This document shows, one piece after another, positions 19,224-29,126 of a DNA stretch of 43,838 nucleotides (positions within the stretch are counted from its first letter, which is position 1; each line of letters starts with the position of its first letter). The position numbers and the translations under genes were made by a program. Source of the DNA: Salisapilia sapeloensis CBS 127946 (lineage: Eukaryota; Protista; Oomycota); contig JAADVB010000161.1 of NCBI GenBank assembly GCA_023334545.1, positions 1 to 43,838 on the forward strand, read 5' to 3'. A model generated the notes under the pieces. The model saw only the letters and a program-made list of their open reading frames with translations, did no database searches and was not told the DNA's origin.

Positions 19224-21764
19224 TCAAACCTCTCCTTCCCCATCTTCCTTCCCATCCACGTCAATACGGTGTCCACTCACGACTTCTGAAAACGCTTGCG
19301 TACGTAGTAGCATCTTGTAGAACGACATATCCTCTTCCTTTCTTAATGCGAGAAATTCCTTCTCGTCAAAGATCACGACAGACTCATTCGTATCACCTAC
19401 GACAAGACATGCAGTCGTATGATCCTGCAAGAGACTCGATAGGAGCTCCAGACACACCATCTGCACACTCTTCTCCACCTCCACTTGTGTGGTCTGTGTC
19501 TTGTCCACGCCATCCAAATCGACTCGAGATGGAAAAACAAGTCTATCCATCTCCGTCTTGGCTTGTTCGAATACTCGAGGGAGGTACACGACCTCTCGTT
19601 CGTCCACATCTTCCTGCAGACCAAGACCTCTCCACTTGACTCGCGTTCGACCAGTGTACTCGAGCGTCCCCTTGTCTAGATCGACCACGAGGTAGAAACC
19701 TCTTGTCGGGAGGAGAGATCGAGACGCAAAGGCACTGTGGACACCTACGAGGATCGGTGTCGGACACTCGAGATATGACAGCAGAGGCTGCGGAAGGACA
19801 GGAGCGTAGACGTGGCACCACGAGAATGGACGCAAGAGACTCCTCAAAGCTTCCGAGCACGTCGTCAGCAACGAGTAGTGGCTAGACACGAACACGATGC
19901 TAGCCTCGAGTAATGCACTCGCAAGTACTTGGAGCGTCAAGGCACTTCCGAGGTGATATAGGAGAGGAAGGAACGAGACGTCGACGTCAAACATACTAGT
20001 CGGCAGAGAGACGTCGTGGTCGTATAACGCCGCTAGTCGGTCGTGACTAAAGACATCCGTCGCATCCATCTCCCGTACGTGCGTCGCGAGGATCGAGCGA
20101 AGGGAGTTCACGAGTGGACGTCGAGATACTAGACATACACCTTTTGCAATGTAAAAGTCATCTCCGTGACCAAGAGACATGGCTTCGTACGTCAAGTAGA
20201 CACATCCATAGATGCAATCGCCCAGACCACTCTGTTGGAACGGAAAGATGACATCCGACGGACGTTTCGCACCTGTCGACATCATGATCTGATCATCCGG
20301 AACAAGAAACGCACGAACTCTACTCTCTATCTCCTTCTCTTCCTCCGTCTTCGATACGACTGGATTCGAGACTGTCAACAACATCAGACTAGATGACGGC
20401 CGCCCATCCTCCTCTCTCTCGACAAACGTTGCAAACGTCAGGATACTGTCAATCGATCGAGTACTCTCCTGTCTCTGCTTCACCTCCACATGCGGACGAT
20501 AGTGCACCTGTAGTCCATCCGGCAGATCGATGAGTCGAATGATGCTCTCGAGATCCAGCGCCACATGCTCCTTGTTTTCCATCGCCAGATGCGATTCCGA
20601 GTCTCGTATCGCGATACGATACAAGTCGCTCTTCATAAAGCGATCGTACCAGGACGAACGCAGCATAACAAAGATCTCTTGCTGCGCTCGATCGAACAAC
20701 TGTCGCTGTCGATCGACGCGGCCACTCTCCGCCGCTAGGTACAAGTCGTTCTTGGTACCTAACGACATGGCTTGACTCTCGCCCTGTGCTTTTGCTGCTA
20801 AAGCCTTTGCAAACGACCAGAATGGACCTTGTCTACCTGCATCTACTAAAGGTTTCAAAACGTATTCGACATGCAGCCAAAAGTACAAATCAAAGTGCTG
20901 CCGACTCTGCATCAAAAACAATAAAAAGTAGTGCGCGGCACGTGGTTCGGATAGGACCTTGTCGAGCGGCACGGCAGGCGCGTCGTTCTCGGTGGCTAAC
21001 AGCATCTCGAGGTACTCGGTGCTCTTGAGGAATGGAGGCAATTGCTCCTGAGATAGACGCATACTAGCTAACTTTTGCACTGGAAGGAAGCCATCTAGCA
21101 CCTGACTAGCATCCTGCAGCTTCTCTCGGACGTGTGCCTCGAGCTCCGGTGTCGTCTCGAGCGTAGAGCAGATCTCGAACTCGGAAGTCGTATCCAAGTA
21201 CTTTTGCCAGATCTTACGACTCTGATCCGTACGTTTATCTTGCGGAACGAGACGCAGTTGGTCGATCTCGAGGAGGAAGAGTAAGACTTGATGGAAATTC
21301 GCATTCTCTTCGTTATGGGACAGCCATTGGAGCAGGTATGGAAGTTTCTTCGGGTCTCGAACGATCTCGTCTAGTGTGAGAGGTACGTGGCCTTGCAACT
21401 GATTGATATTCGCGTCCGAGAGGAGAGATCGAGCTTGGAATTTGCGTGTCAATCGATCTTTAAGAGGGACGAGAGGAGGAAAGGGAGAGACAGAAGGAGG
21501 AGAACGAGGGTTACTAGGACTAGCACGACTCTTGGGCCACTGGAGCTTGGTTGTAGGGAACAGTTTGCGTAATTTGGCGGCGGACATGTCCGATAGCTGA
21601 GGCGTACGGAGGAACGAAGGAGAGGACTTGGCTCCGCCTCCTGAAGTAGGTGATAGTACGTGCGACTCATCTTCACTGGCAGATGTATTGGAAGGGTTCT
21701 GCTTTCCTTCCTCATTCTTTTTATCGTCGCCAAATAGCCATGCATCGAGCCCTACGCGACGCAT
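19224..21764 (-). CDS. Tandem RGS domains fused to a DENN domain, 846 aa
   Basis: RGS1: TLDEIVRDPKKLPYLLQWL...LLFLLEIDQL...IWQKYL. RGS2: PLDKVLSEPRAAHYFLLFL...LYFWLHVE...AQQEIFVML...YDRFMKSDLY. cDENN: VLASALLEASIVFVSSHYSLLTTCSEALRSLLRPFSWCHVYAPVLP...LECPTPILVGV. dDENN: FDEKEFL...LLRTQAF. Confidence 0.85.
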   Translation of the reverse strand: MRRVGLDAWLFGDDKKNEEGKQNPSNTSASEDESHVLSPTSGGGAKSSPSFLRTPQLSDMSAAKLRKLFPTTKLQWPKSRASPSNPRSPPSVSPFPPLVPLKDRLTRKFQARSLLSDANINQLQGHVPLTLDEIVRDPKKLPYLLQWLSHNEENANFHQVLLFLLEIDQLRLVPQDKRTDQSRKIWQKYLDTTSEFEICSTLETTPELEAHVREKLQDASQVLDGFLPVQKLASMRLSQEQLPPFLKSTEYLEMLLATENDAPAVPLDKVLSEPRAAHYFLLFLMQSRQHFDLYFWLHVEYVLKPLVDAGRQGPFWSFAKALAAKAQGESQAMSLGTKNDLYLAAESGRVDRQRQLFDRAQQEIFVMLRSSWYDRFMKSDLYRIAIRDSESHLAMENKEHVALDLESIIRLIDLPDGLQVHYRPHVEVKQRQESTRSIDSILTFATFVEREEDGRPSSSLMLLTVSNPVVSKTEEEKEIESRVRAFLVPDDQIMMSTGAKRPSDVIFPFQQSGLGDCIYGCVYLTYEAMSLGHGDDFYIAKGVCLVSRRPLVNSLRSILATHVREMDATDVFSHDRLAALYDHDVSLPTSMFDVDVSFLPLLYHLGSALTLQVLASALLEASIVFVSSHYSLLTTCSEALRSLLRPFSWCHVYAPVLPQPLLSYLECPTPILVGVHSAFASRSLLPTRGFYLVVDLDKGTLEYTGRTRVKWRGLGLQEDVDEREVVYLPRVFEQAKTEMDRLVFPSRVDLDGVDKTQTTQVEVEKSVQMVCLELLSSLLQDHTTACLVVGDTNESVVIFDEKEFLALRKEEDMSFYKMLLRTQAFSEVVSGHRIDVDGKEDGEGEV

Positions 21765-21931
21765 ACTCGCCGTCGACTCTCTCTCTCTCGATCGGTTTTA
21801 GATAGCTTCATTTTCGTATTTTTATAGTTATATCAGGGTGTTGTTTTATAAAATACATTTGTTAGACGAGAGGATAATGGTACTTGGATATAGCAACAAA
21901 GCATGTGGACACTAAATTCGCAATTGGACCG

Positions 21932-22369
21932 ATGACGCAGCAAAAGGAAGTCTTGCGCCTCTATCGGAGCATCCTGCAGCTCCACAGACAAAAGCTACCA
22001 CCTCACATGCGTGTACTTGGTGATAGATACGTCCGGTATGTCTCTATCTACTTGATATCGTTCTATCTCGTCTGAAACGAGCAAACTGGACTCGTGTAGA
22101 GATGAATTCAAGCGTCATAAGAATGCAGCAGACCACTTTGTCCCCATGTTTCTCCAGGAATGGCAACAGTACGAGCAGATGATGGCGCAAAAGAAAGACA
22201 AGGTAAGTTACGTAGCCTATGCAAGTCCATGTAGACACTGAACAGACGTGTGGACTAGTTTGGACAAGAACTATCGGCGCAAGACAAGAAGCTCATGGAC
22301 GACCAGCAAAGGGACAACCTTCAATCTTTACACGACGCAGCCAACGCCGTCGGAGAGTCCATCAAATAA
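21932..22369 (+). CDS. SDHAF3: Succinate dehydrogenase assembly factor 3 (LYR protein, Sdh7/ACN9), ~105 aa
   Basis: Exons 21932-22035, 22100-22202, 22259-22369. [35 protein letters not shown]...FLQEWQQY is restored across a 64-nt intron. Confidence 0.93.
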
Positions 22370-22382
22370 AACCTAGACTGTC

Positions 22383-23639
22383 CTATTGCTCACTAGACCT
22401 CCCTCTTCCTCTTCCTCGTCCTCTTCCTCGTCCACCTCGACCCCTGCCTCGGCTTCTACCTCGAGCATGCGTCTCGCCTCCTCGTCCTGATGAAGTAGCT
22501 TCCGTCGGAGCTGGCGGCATACCACCCGGCACGAATTCTTTCGACGTAGCACTCAACTGCTTCGCCGGCAACGGTGCATCTTCTTTCTTCTCCTGCTTTG
22601 GCTTCGGCTTCGGCTTCGGCTGCTTCACATCCTTTTCCTCCTTCTTGCCACTGTTTCCTTTCTTATTGCCACTCTTTTCTTGCTTCTTGCCACTCTTTTC
22701 CTCCTTTTTGCCATTGTTTTCATCCTTTTTGCCACTGTTTTCTTTCTTACTGCCACTCTTCTCTTGCTTCCTGCCTTTGTCTTTCTCCTTCTTGCCACCC
22801 TTTGCTTTCTCTTTTCCTTTCTCTTTCCTTTCACTCTTCGGAGATGCTTCTTCTGCTGATGGCTTCTTGGCTTTCTCTTGCAACGGTTTCTCTTTCGTAG
22901 CTACCTTGGATGACGTCTACCAATCCCATAAGTACAACGTAGAAGGCATGGACTCAAAACATGGTACCGAGTGCTTGGGTACGACAAAGTCGGCGAAAGG
23001 AGGCGGGGGATCCGCCTTGTCCGCCCCGGTCAGTCGCGTCTTCTCCTTGAGTTCCTATTGGCTGTGCATGAGATAAGCATACAAACGCCAAGTTATACTC
23101 GTCTACCTTGCTCGCCTTCCACGACGTATAGATCGTCTGAACTCGACCACCAATGACTTGGCAGCTATCTTCCGTCAGCAGCAACTTGCCATTGCGAACA
23201 GGACACTGCTCGATCTTCACTTTCGTCCCTGGAGCTGTCAATACCCTATATACGAATTATAAGAGCTGCTCATTGCATACACACGAGCTACCTACGTGAG
23301 CTGAGGAATGGGAGCAAGTCCAATGCCAGTGATACGCTGGCTCCCATCTACTAGCCGTACTTGGAGCACCTGAGGCTGCAACCCTGGCTGGTTTTGTCGC
23401 GTAGATGGCTGGGCGATATTTCGCACCGTCAGCACCTGCAGAATGATCGGACCTGGGATCATCTTCTCCTGCTGGAGACTCGTCGGCAGCACCGGGTCTG
23501 TCCATTTCCGTAGATCTGAATTTAAAGCATCCTTATAGACCTTTTCAACGTCCTTTACACTGTCATCATCATACGCTTCTAGGAAAGAAGAGGGCACATG
23601 TAGCCCTCGAGCTGCTAAAGTACTTTGCGTTCGTTCCAT
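22383..23639 (-). CDS. RMI1_N/DUF1767 OB-fold protein (TDRD3-like N-terminus) with Lys-rich repeats and RG tail, ~367 aa
   Basis: Exons 23639-23296, 23245-23107, 23054-22968, 22916-22383. LNSDLRK, GPIILQVLTVRNIAQP, RLVDG, TAPGTKVKI...VRNGKLLLTEDSCQVIGGRV and PPPF; no Tudor or UBA domain seen. Confidence 0.82.
22629..22775 (-). repeat. 21-bp coding minisatellite, about 7 units (KKxEKSG-like heptad)
   Basis: Gly codons (GCC on the plus strand) recur at 22647, 22668, 22689, 22710, 22731, 22752 and 22773, an exact 21-nt period. Confidence 0.9.
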
Positions 23640-23682
23640 GAATATGAAAAAGTATACAAAAAACAAGTGTATTTCTTCTGCG

Positions 23683-24039
23683 TTATTCCTCCTCGAGCAA
23701 GGCGCGTAGACGACCTTGGTACTCCTTCCGGTTCTCTACCAAGTCACACACATGCTTGTCGACCATATCTCGCGCATAGAATAATCGACGCGTCCGACGG
23801 GCATACTCTTCGCTCACGACCTCTTCCTGCGCATGGATCTTTAGGAGCTGCAGTGTCGGTTTCCGACGTACGTACGCATCCGCTCCTGCAGCGTAGTCGA
23901 TCTCTGGGATCACCATCGCCCGTTGGATTCGCTCGGCCTCGTCTCCAAACCTCTTTTTCGTATATTGCTCCCACGGCGCACTGCCACGTGACGGAGCATG
24001 TAGCTTTAGGAAGCGTTCTAGCGTAGTCGACTTCTCCAT
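23683..24039 (-). CDS. Hypothetical 118-aa helical protein (orphan)
   Basis: ATG-to-stop ORF MEKSTTLERFLKLH...GRLRALLEEE fills the gap between EED and the TDRD3-like gene; charged and helical, with no family recognised. Confidence 0.65.
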   Translation of the reverse strand: MEKSTTLERFLKLHAPSRGSAPWEQYTKKRFGDEAERIQRAMVIPEIDYAAGADAYVRRKPTLQLLKIHAQEEVVSEEYARRTRRLFYARDMVDKHVCDLVENRKEYQGRLRALLEEE

Positions 24040-24100
24040 GCAAGTAGATGACAAGATCGATGTGAAACCACCATATATTGTTCTGCTCTTTCCGCCGACA

Positions 24101-25355
24101 CTAGGCTATGCCTGTCTGTGGGATGTCGTAGCGCCAGACGACGGCGGCGTCCGAGCACGCGATCATAGTTTGTCCGTCGCGACTGAAGCTCACCTGGCGG
24201 ATCGTATCCTTTGAGCTCGGGTGCATCAGCTTGCACATTGGCCGCTCGGACTCGGCATCAAGGTCAAAGACGCTAATTACGCCCTTGCGATTGCCTACTG
24301 CCATGACCTCTAGCTGCGAATCTAAATCGAACTTGATGAACCACAGCGTCGCGTCCTTGAACTGGAACTCGCGCAGGACCGTGACGGCATGGACACCTCG
24401 CGACGGATTTGGTTTCCACCACGTGACCTTGTTGCTTGTGCTTTTCGACAGGATGATATCTCCAGTCATACGGACGCAGTCGACATAGTCCGAGTGGACT
24501 TTGGACGTCCCAAACGACGGGACTTGGACGAATTTCGTCGGAAATGGCCGTCCAGTCGGTGTCGGATCTGTGTAACTCTTTCGAATGACGGACTGGAGAC
24601 CCTCGTCCTCTAGATCCCAGATCTTGACTGTATTGTCCATCCCAGAGGACACGAAACAAGAACCTTTCAAATGGACATCTAGACTCAACACTTCGTCCCG
24701 ATGGCCGTTATGCCCGGCAAAGACAGCGACACAGACACCGGATAGCACATTCCACATACGAATACTCTCGTCTTTACTAGCTGAGAAAAGGAGACTCGGG
24801 TCCATCGGATGGAACTTGAGCTCGTTCACTGAGTTCCCGTGGCCGGACAGGACCGTCACGACCTGCTGGCTGATCACGTTGATCACTTTGATGTGGCCTC
24901 GGAAGCCGGCGAACGCAAGAAGAGGTGCGCCAGAGACAACATCCTCTGACCACGAGCACGCAAAGAAGTGCTCTTCACTATCTTCGTCCACAAACACCTG
25001 CAAGACGCCGATCATTCCGTCCTCTTTGCATTCGTAGATGGTCACCTGCATACGACCGTAAGGCTAGAGAGTTGATACATCCGATAGAGTATATACTCGA
25101 TTGGCGCCCACTGCCGCAAAGATGTGTTGGTATGCAGGAAGGACGTTGCAGAAAGCGACGCAATAGATGGCATTTCCATGGTCCTCTCGAACATACGCTA
25201 TACACGGCGATTAGTACCCTGTCAGCGCTCTTTCGAGCTTATAGAGTACAAGAGTATCGATACGGCTTCTTCCGCAGCCGTTGTGCTAGTGGAACCTGCG
25301 ACGAAAGCACATTGAGCTCTCCCTGACCGTTCGGACCTGCCCCGCTCATCTCCAT
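24101..25355 (-). CDS. EED: Polycomb PRC2 WD40 subunit EED/ESC/FIE, ~383 aa
   Basis: Exons 25355-25250, 25197-25097, 25045-24101. YVREDHGNAIYCVAF, VGANRVTIYEC, GHGNSVNELKFHP, GHRDEVLSLD, VHSDYVDCVR and LWFIKF; aromatic-cage positions remain aromatic. Confidence 0.95.
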
Positions 25356-25481
25356 CCTTTTCCTGCTGGCCGAGCAAATAAAAAGATAATCTGATTATCT
25401 TTATACGTCAAAAGAAAAGAAAAAGAAAACACAATAAGTCGCAAACAAAGTACCAAGTCGTCCCCATGGCTACTTTCATTC

Positions 25482-28136
25482 CTACTCTTTCCGTTGAAGC
25501 TTCCTTCTTACTTTATACTCTGTCACAAAGACTGTGTAGACGATACGCTGGAGGTCCGCTTGCTTGAGCAGATCTGCATCACCTGTGCGCTGCGCGACCT
25601 GATACGCTGCTCGAACCAGCACAGCCTTGTCCATCTCCTCGTGCTTCATGGAAATTTGTTTGATCGCTCGCTTGTACTCTCGCAGTCGTAGTCGCCGATT
25701 ACGTCGCAACGCCATCATCTTCCTATACATGGCTATTTTCACTACTTTCCGCGACAGATTAAAGCCCAGTGGGACATTCACTTGGTTCGGTAGAATGTCC
25801 ACTAGCTCCTTGACTAGTTTCTTTCTAATGCGTTCCTTATCATCCCCAAAATCCACTCTCTTCTTCACAAACGACGTGATGATATTCTCCTGACACAAGA
25901 ATACAGGACGTCCATACTCGCTTACGTTTTTTTCCAAACGTTTTCGTAAGATCTCCCACGCCTGATCCACCTCCATTACACTCGGCTTGGAAGCATGCAT
26001 GCTCTCCATATGCCGTATCACTTCCTCCCGAACATGTTCCTTGGAAGCATTCGGATGTGTCGCCATCTCCACCTCCATCCAATGGACGTATGCTGGCACG
26101 TCCATCGGCGTATGCTGTGGACGCACGTGTCCGCCAAGAACGTGGTCCAACACCTCCCCCTCCAACGCATCCATCAGCTCATCCTCCAACACACTTGTAC
26201 TAGTTATACTACTCTCTCCTCTACTCCCGACCACCTCCTTCCGATCTAATGGTCGCGTATATGCTACTTGTCCTACAAACTGACGTTCATGTAATGTCGA
26301 CGGCGCGTCCTTGTCCGCCACGACGATGCTCTGAAAGCTTTGCTCACGCAGAGAATGGAGCTTAGTCATGTCTATTGATAGCTTGGGGACCTGTATCGCC
26401 GGATGGAGTCGAGCGTAGTAGAAGCGAAGATGAGGAGGAACGACGTGCGTGACGTTCGAACCTTGTCGCAAGGCAAAGTGCGCCCTTCGCAGCACCTTCC
26501 ACACTGGTGTCTCGCTCGGACACAGACGGATGGCAACCGCGGATTTATAAACATAGTCCATGTACTCGTCTTCCGACGCACCTAGCGCGTCTTCGAGAGA
26601 AAACGGCCGAGAGAAATAGTACGTCGTCCACCACGTTCGCTTCCGCCAATGCCGTTGCCACGTCGGATCGTGGTACTTGCGCTTCGAATGCGCGATAGTG
26701 GATGCCAACCGCGACCATAGCTGTTGGTTCTGAGGTCTATAAACTTCACTTCCGACCTTATCAAGTGCCGATGCAAGGATATCGACTGCCTGATCCAGAT
26801 CTACCATCTTGTTCCTCTGACATTTTTTCAACGCCATCAACGCTTCCATCGACAGTGGTTCTAGCTCCAGCCATCTACCACCTCCTTTAGACATGGACTT
26901 AAGTATCTACACGCTAGTCTCTACCTTTTGCACATCTCTACTTGCGTCTCGACGGAGGATGGCGCGTATCGCTCGAGGTACAATAGGTACATGCGTGGTC
27001 CATGCGGATCGGAAGGATTCGCATGGATAAAGTGCTCCAGGTAGTCACAAGCGACCTCTAGATCGCCTGCAAGCGTCAGGAGCTGGATGTAGTAGGAAAG
27101 GAAGAGAGATGAGTGAGGGGCTACAGACACGGCTCGACGGAAACAAGAGGCTGCGTCCTGATAAAGAAACGAGACGCCGATCGGACTCTTGTACTGGAAG
27201 CGAGAGACGAGCATCTCCTCTGCCTTGTCTGGTGTGGGACTCGCACCCATCCGATCCTCCTCATCTACCTCTGGAATAGGACGACTATCACTACTCTTTT
27301 CCGAACGAAGGAACTGGCGTAGCTCGGGAGATTCGATCAGCAGCAGCCAGTAGCAGAGCATGCCAAAGTCAGCACGCAGTCGGAGGTCGTCCGTCCCCAT
27401 CTACCTCTGTCTTAAAATACATGTAGAATGTAGAATATACAGTACACATACAGGCTCTAGGTCGTCCTTGTAGACCTTGTGGGCTTCGTAATAGTCACCT
27501 CGACCGACGTGCGTGTAGAAGAGCTCTTTCAGGAGATGCCATCTCTATCTTTCTTTTGAGTTTCTTTTCTTTTCCTTTCGGAGACATGTACATTACATTT
27601 AGATTCTTGTCGTCCAGAAATGTTTCCAAGAGCTCCACGACCTGATCGTCCGAAGAGCGGTCCTGTCGGACGATCTCTAGACTCGACTGTTCGTATCATC
27701 GAAACAAGTTAGACACGGTATCTCATCCGTCTTGATTATGTCTGTGTACCTGGATGCAGGTCGCTGGATGGAGATGATAGCGGTTATATAGACTCGACAG
27801 CACTTTGGCTGCACCTCCATAGTCTCGAGCGCCGAGGAGCTACCAAATGTCAATACGAACCTATAAGCCTGCTAGTATAAAAGCACGAACACGAGGGAGG
27901 AGGTGGCTCATAACATTTCGCATGCGAGACACTGGTGGTTTATCAAGCTCTGTGTGTGCGAAATGCCATCGGTGGTAGCTGAGGTAGGCTTTTTCACGAA
28001 GTTGCGTGCGTATGAATGGGTCTGCAGTATGCAGTGGCTTGTTGGCTGTCAGGAGCAAAGCACCATCTTCGTCGTCGGCTGTAGCACGCGACTGGAGTCG
28101 ATGACGCTCCAATAATCGCTCCGTCTTGTTGGCCAT
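25482..28136 (-). CDS. TAF1A (Pol I SL1 subunit A)-like TPR/HAT protein with long C-terminal extension, ~795 aa
   Basis: Six exons: 28136-27891, 27839-27750, 27686-27597, 27544-27452, 27400-26925, 26874-25482 (introns 51/63/52/51/50 nt). NPSDPHGPRMYLLYL and WQRHWRKRTWWTTYYFS resemble TAF1A (from memory). The gene model is solid; the family call is moderate. Confidence 0.65.
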
Positions 28137-28400
28137 TTCGTTGTTCGAGTCGTTGTTTTTATCTTCGTAATTTATCAAGCAGTAATCTACATTCGCATGC
28201 AAGACACTTTCGACAGTAGGAGCATAGTAGAGAATCTATATATACTAGTACATCCTAGTACATCAACCTCGAAAGCGTATCCGTCCCCATAGAGGTTCAT
28301 ACAAGGTGCATGCGTATAATGCATCTATAAACCTCTTCATGATATGCTTTACTTGGTTACTGTATAATTTAGACACAATATTCGACATCTAAAGTACAAA

Positions 28401-28906
28401 ATGGCTTCCTACGGGGGTACACGCGATCGACGGGAGCTCGACTTGCTCTTCACGACGCATGCGGGTGTTGCAGTATTCTCCGGAGCTCTCTGCTTCTTAC
28501 TCCCACACTCGCTACTCTCCCCTATCCTGGGAGATGCCAATAACACGCACTTTGCCCACGAGTTCGTTCGTTTATACGGTACTCGACTTGCATCTCTCGA
28601 CACGAATACAGACTAACTATCCAATTAGGCGCATTGACACTAGCCCAAGGATGGCTCGTGTGGCGCACGCGTCTCGTGAATGATGCGCTCATTCGTCGGA
28701 CATTCTGCCAAGCCTACTGCATCTGCTTCGCACTCCAGTCTATCGCGCTCATCCGAGCGCAGTTCAGTGCTCCTTCCGCCCACTCGGTCCTCCACTGGTT
28801 TAACATCCTGGCCTTAGGCGCCTTGGGCGCAGCCTACGGCTACTTCCTCTTGTTCCGTTCCATCAAAGCCTTTGAACTCCCTGGCGGCATCAAAGCAGAC
28901 ATTTAG
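28401..28906 (+). CDS. Small multi-pass (about 4 TM) membrane protein of unknown function, ~151 aa
   Basis: Exons 28401-28578 and 28629-28906 (50-nt intron with GACTAAC branch). RLYGALTLAQGWLVW is restored across the junction. Confidence 0.8.
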
Positions 28907-29126
28907 CATGTACACATCCACAAAAGTCTGTCTTACGTTAACAAATCTTCCATACACGTTGCTTCCATGTTGAAGATACTCGTTTCTACCATACTCGTCA
29001 TGTCCATGCACAAACTCAAGCGCCACAAGTACCTCTACTAAAACCATAAGAAAAAGTCAAGTAGATACGTAGGAAACATGCATCTATATTGGACAAAAAG
29101 AGAAAAAGAAAAAGAAAATGCTCGTA

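Noticed and set aside
28245-28264. CTAGTACATC tandem duplication in the divergent spacer
   Set aside because: Two adjacent 10-bp copies fit ordinary slippage.
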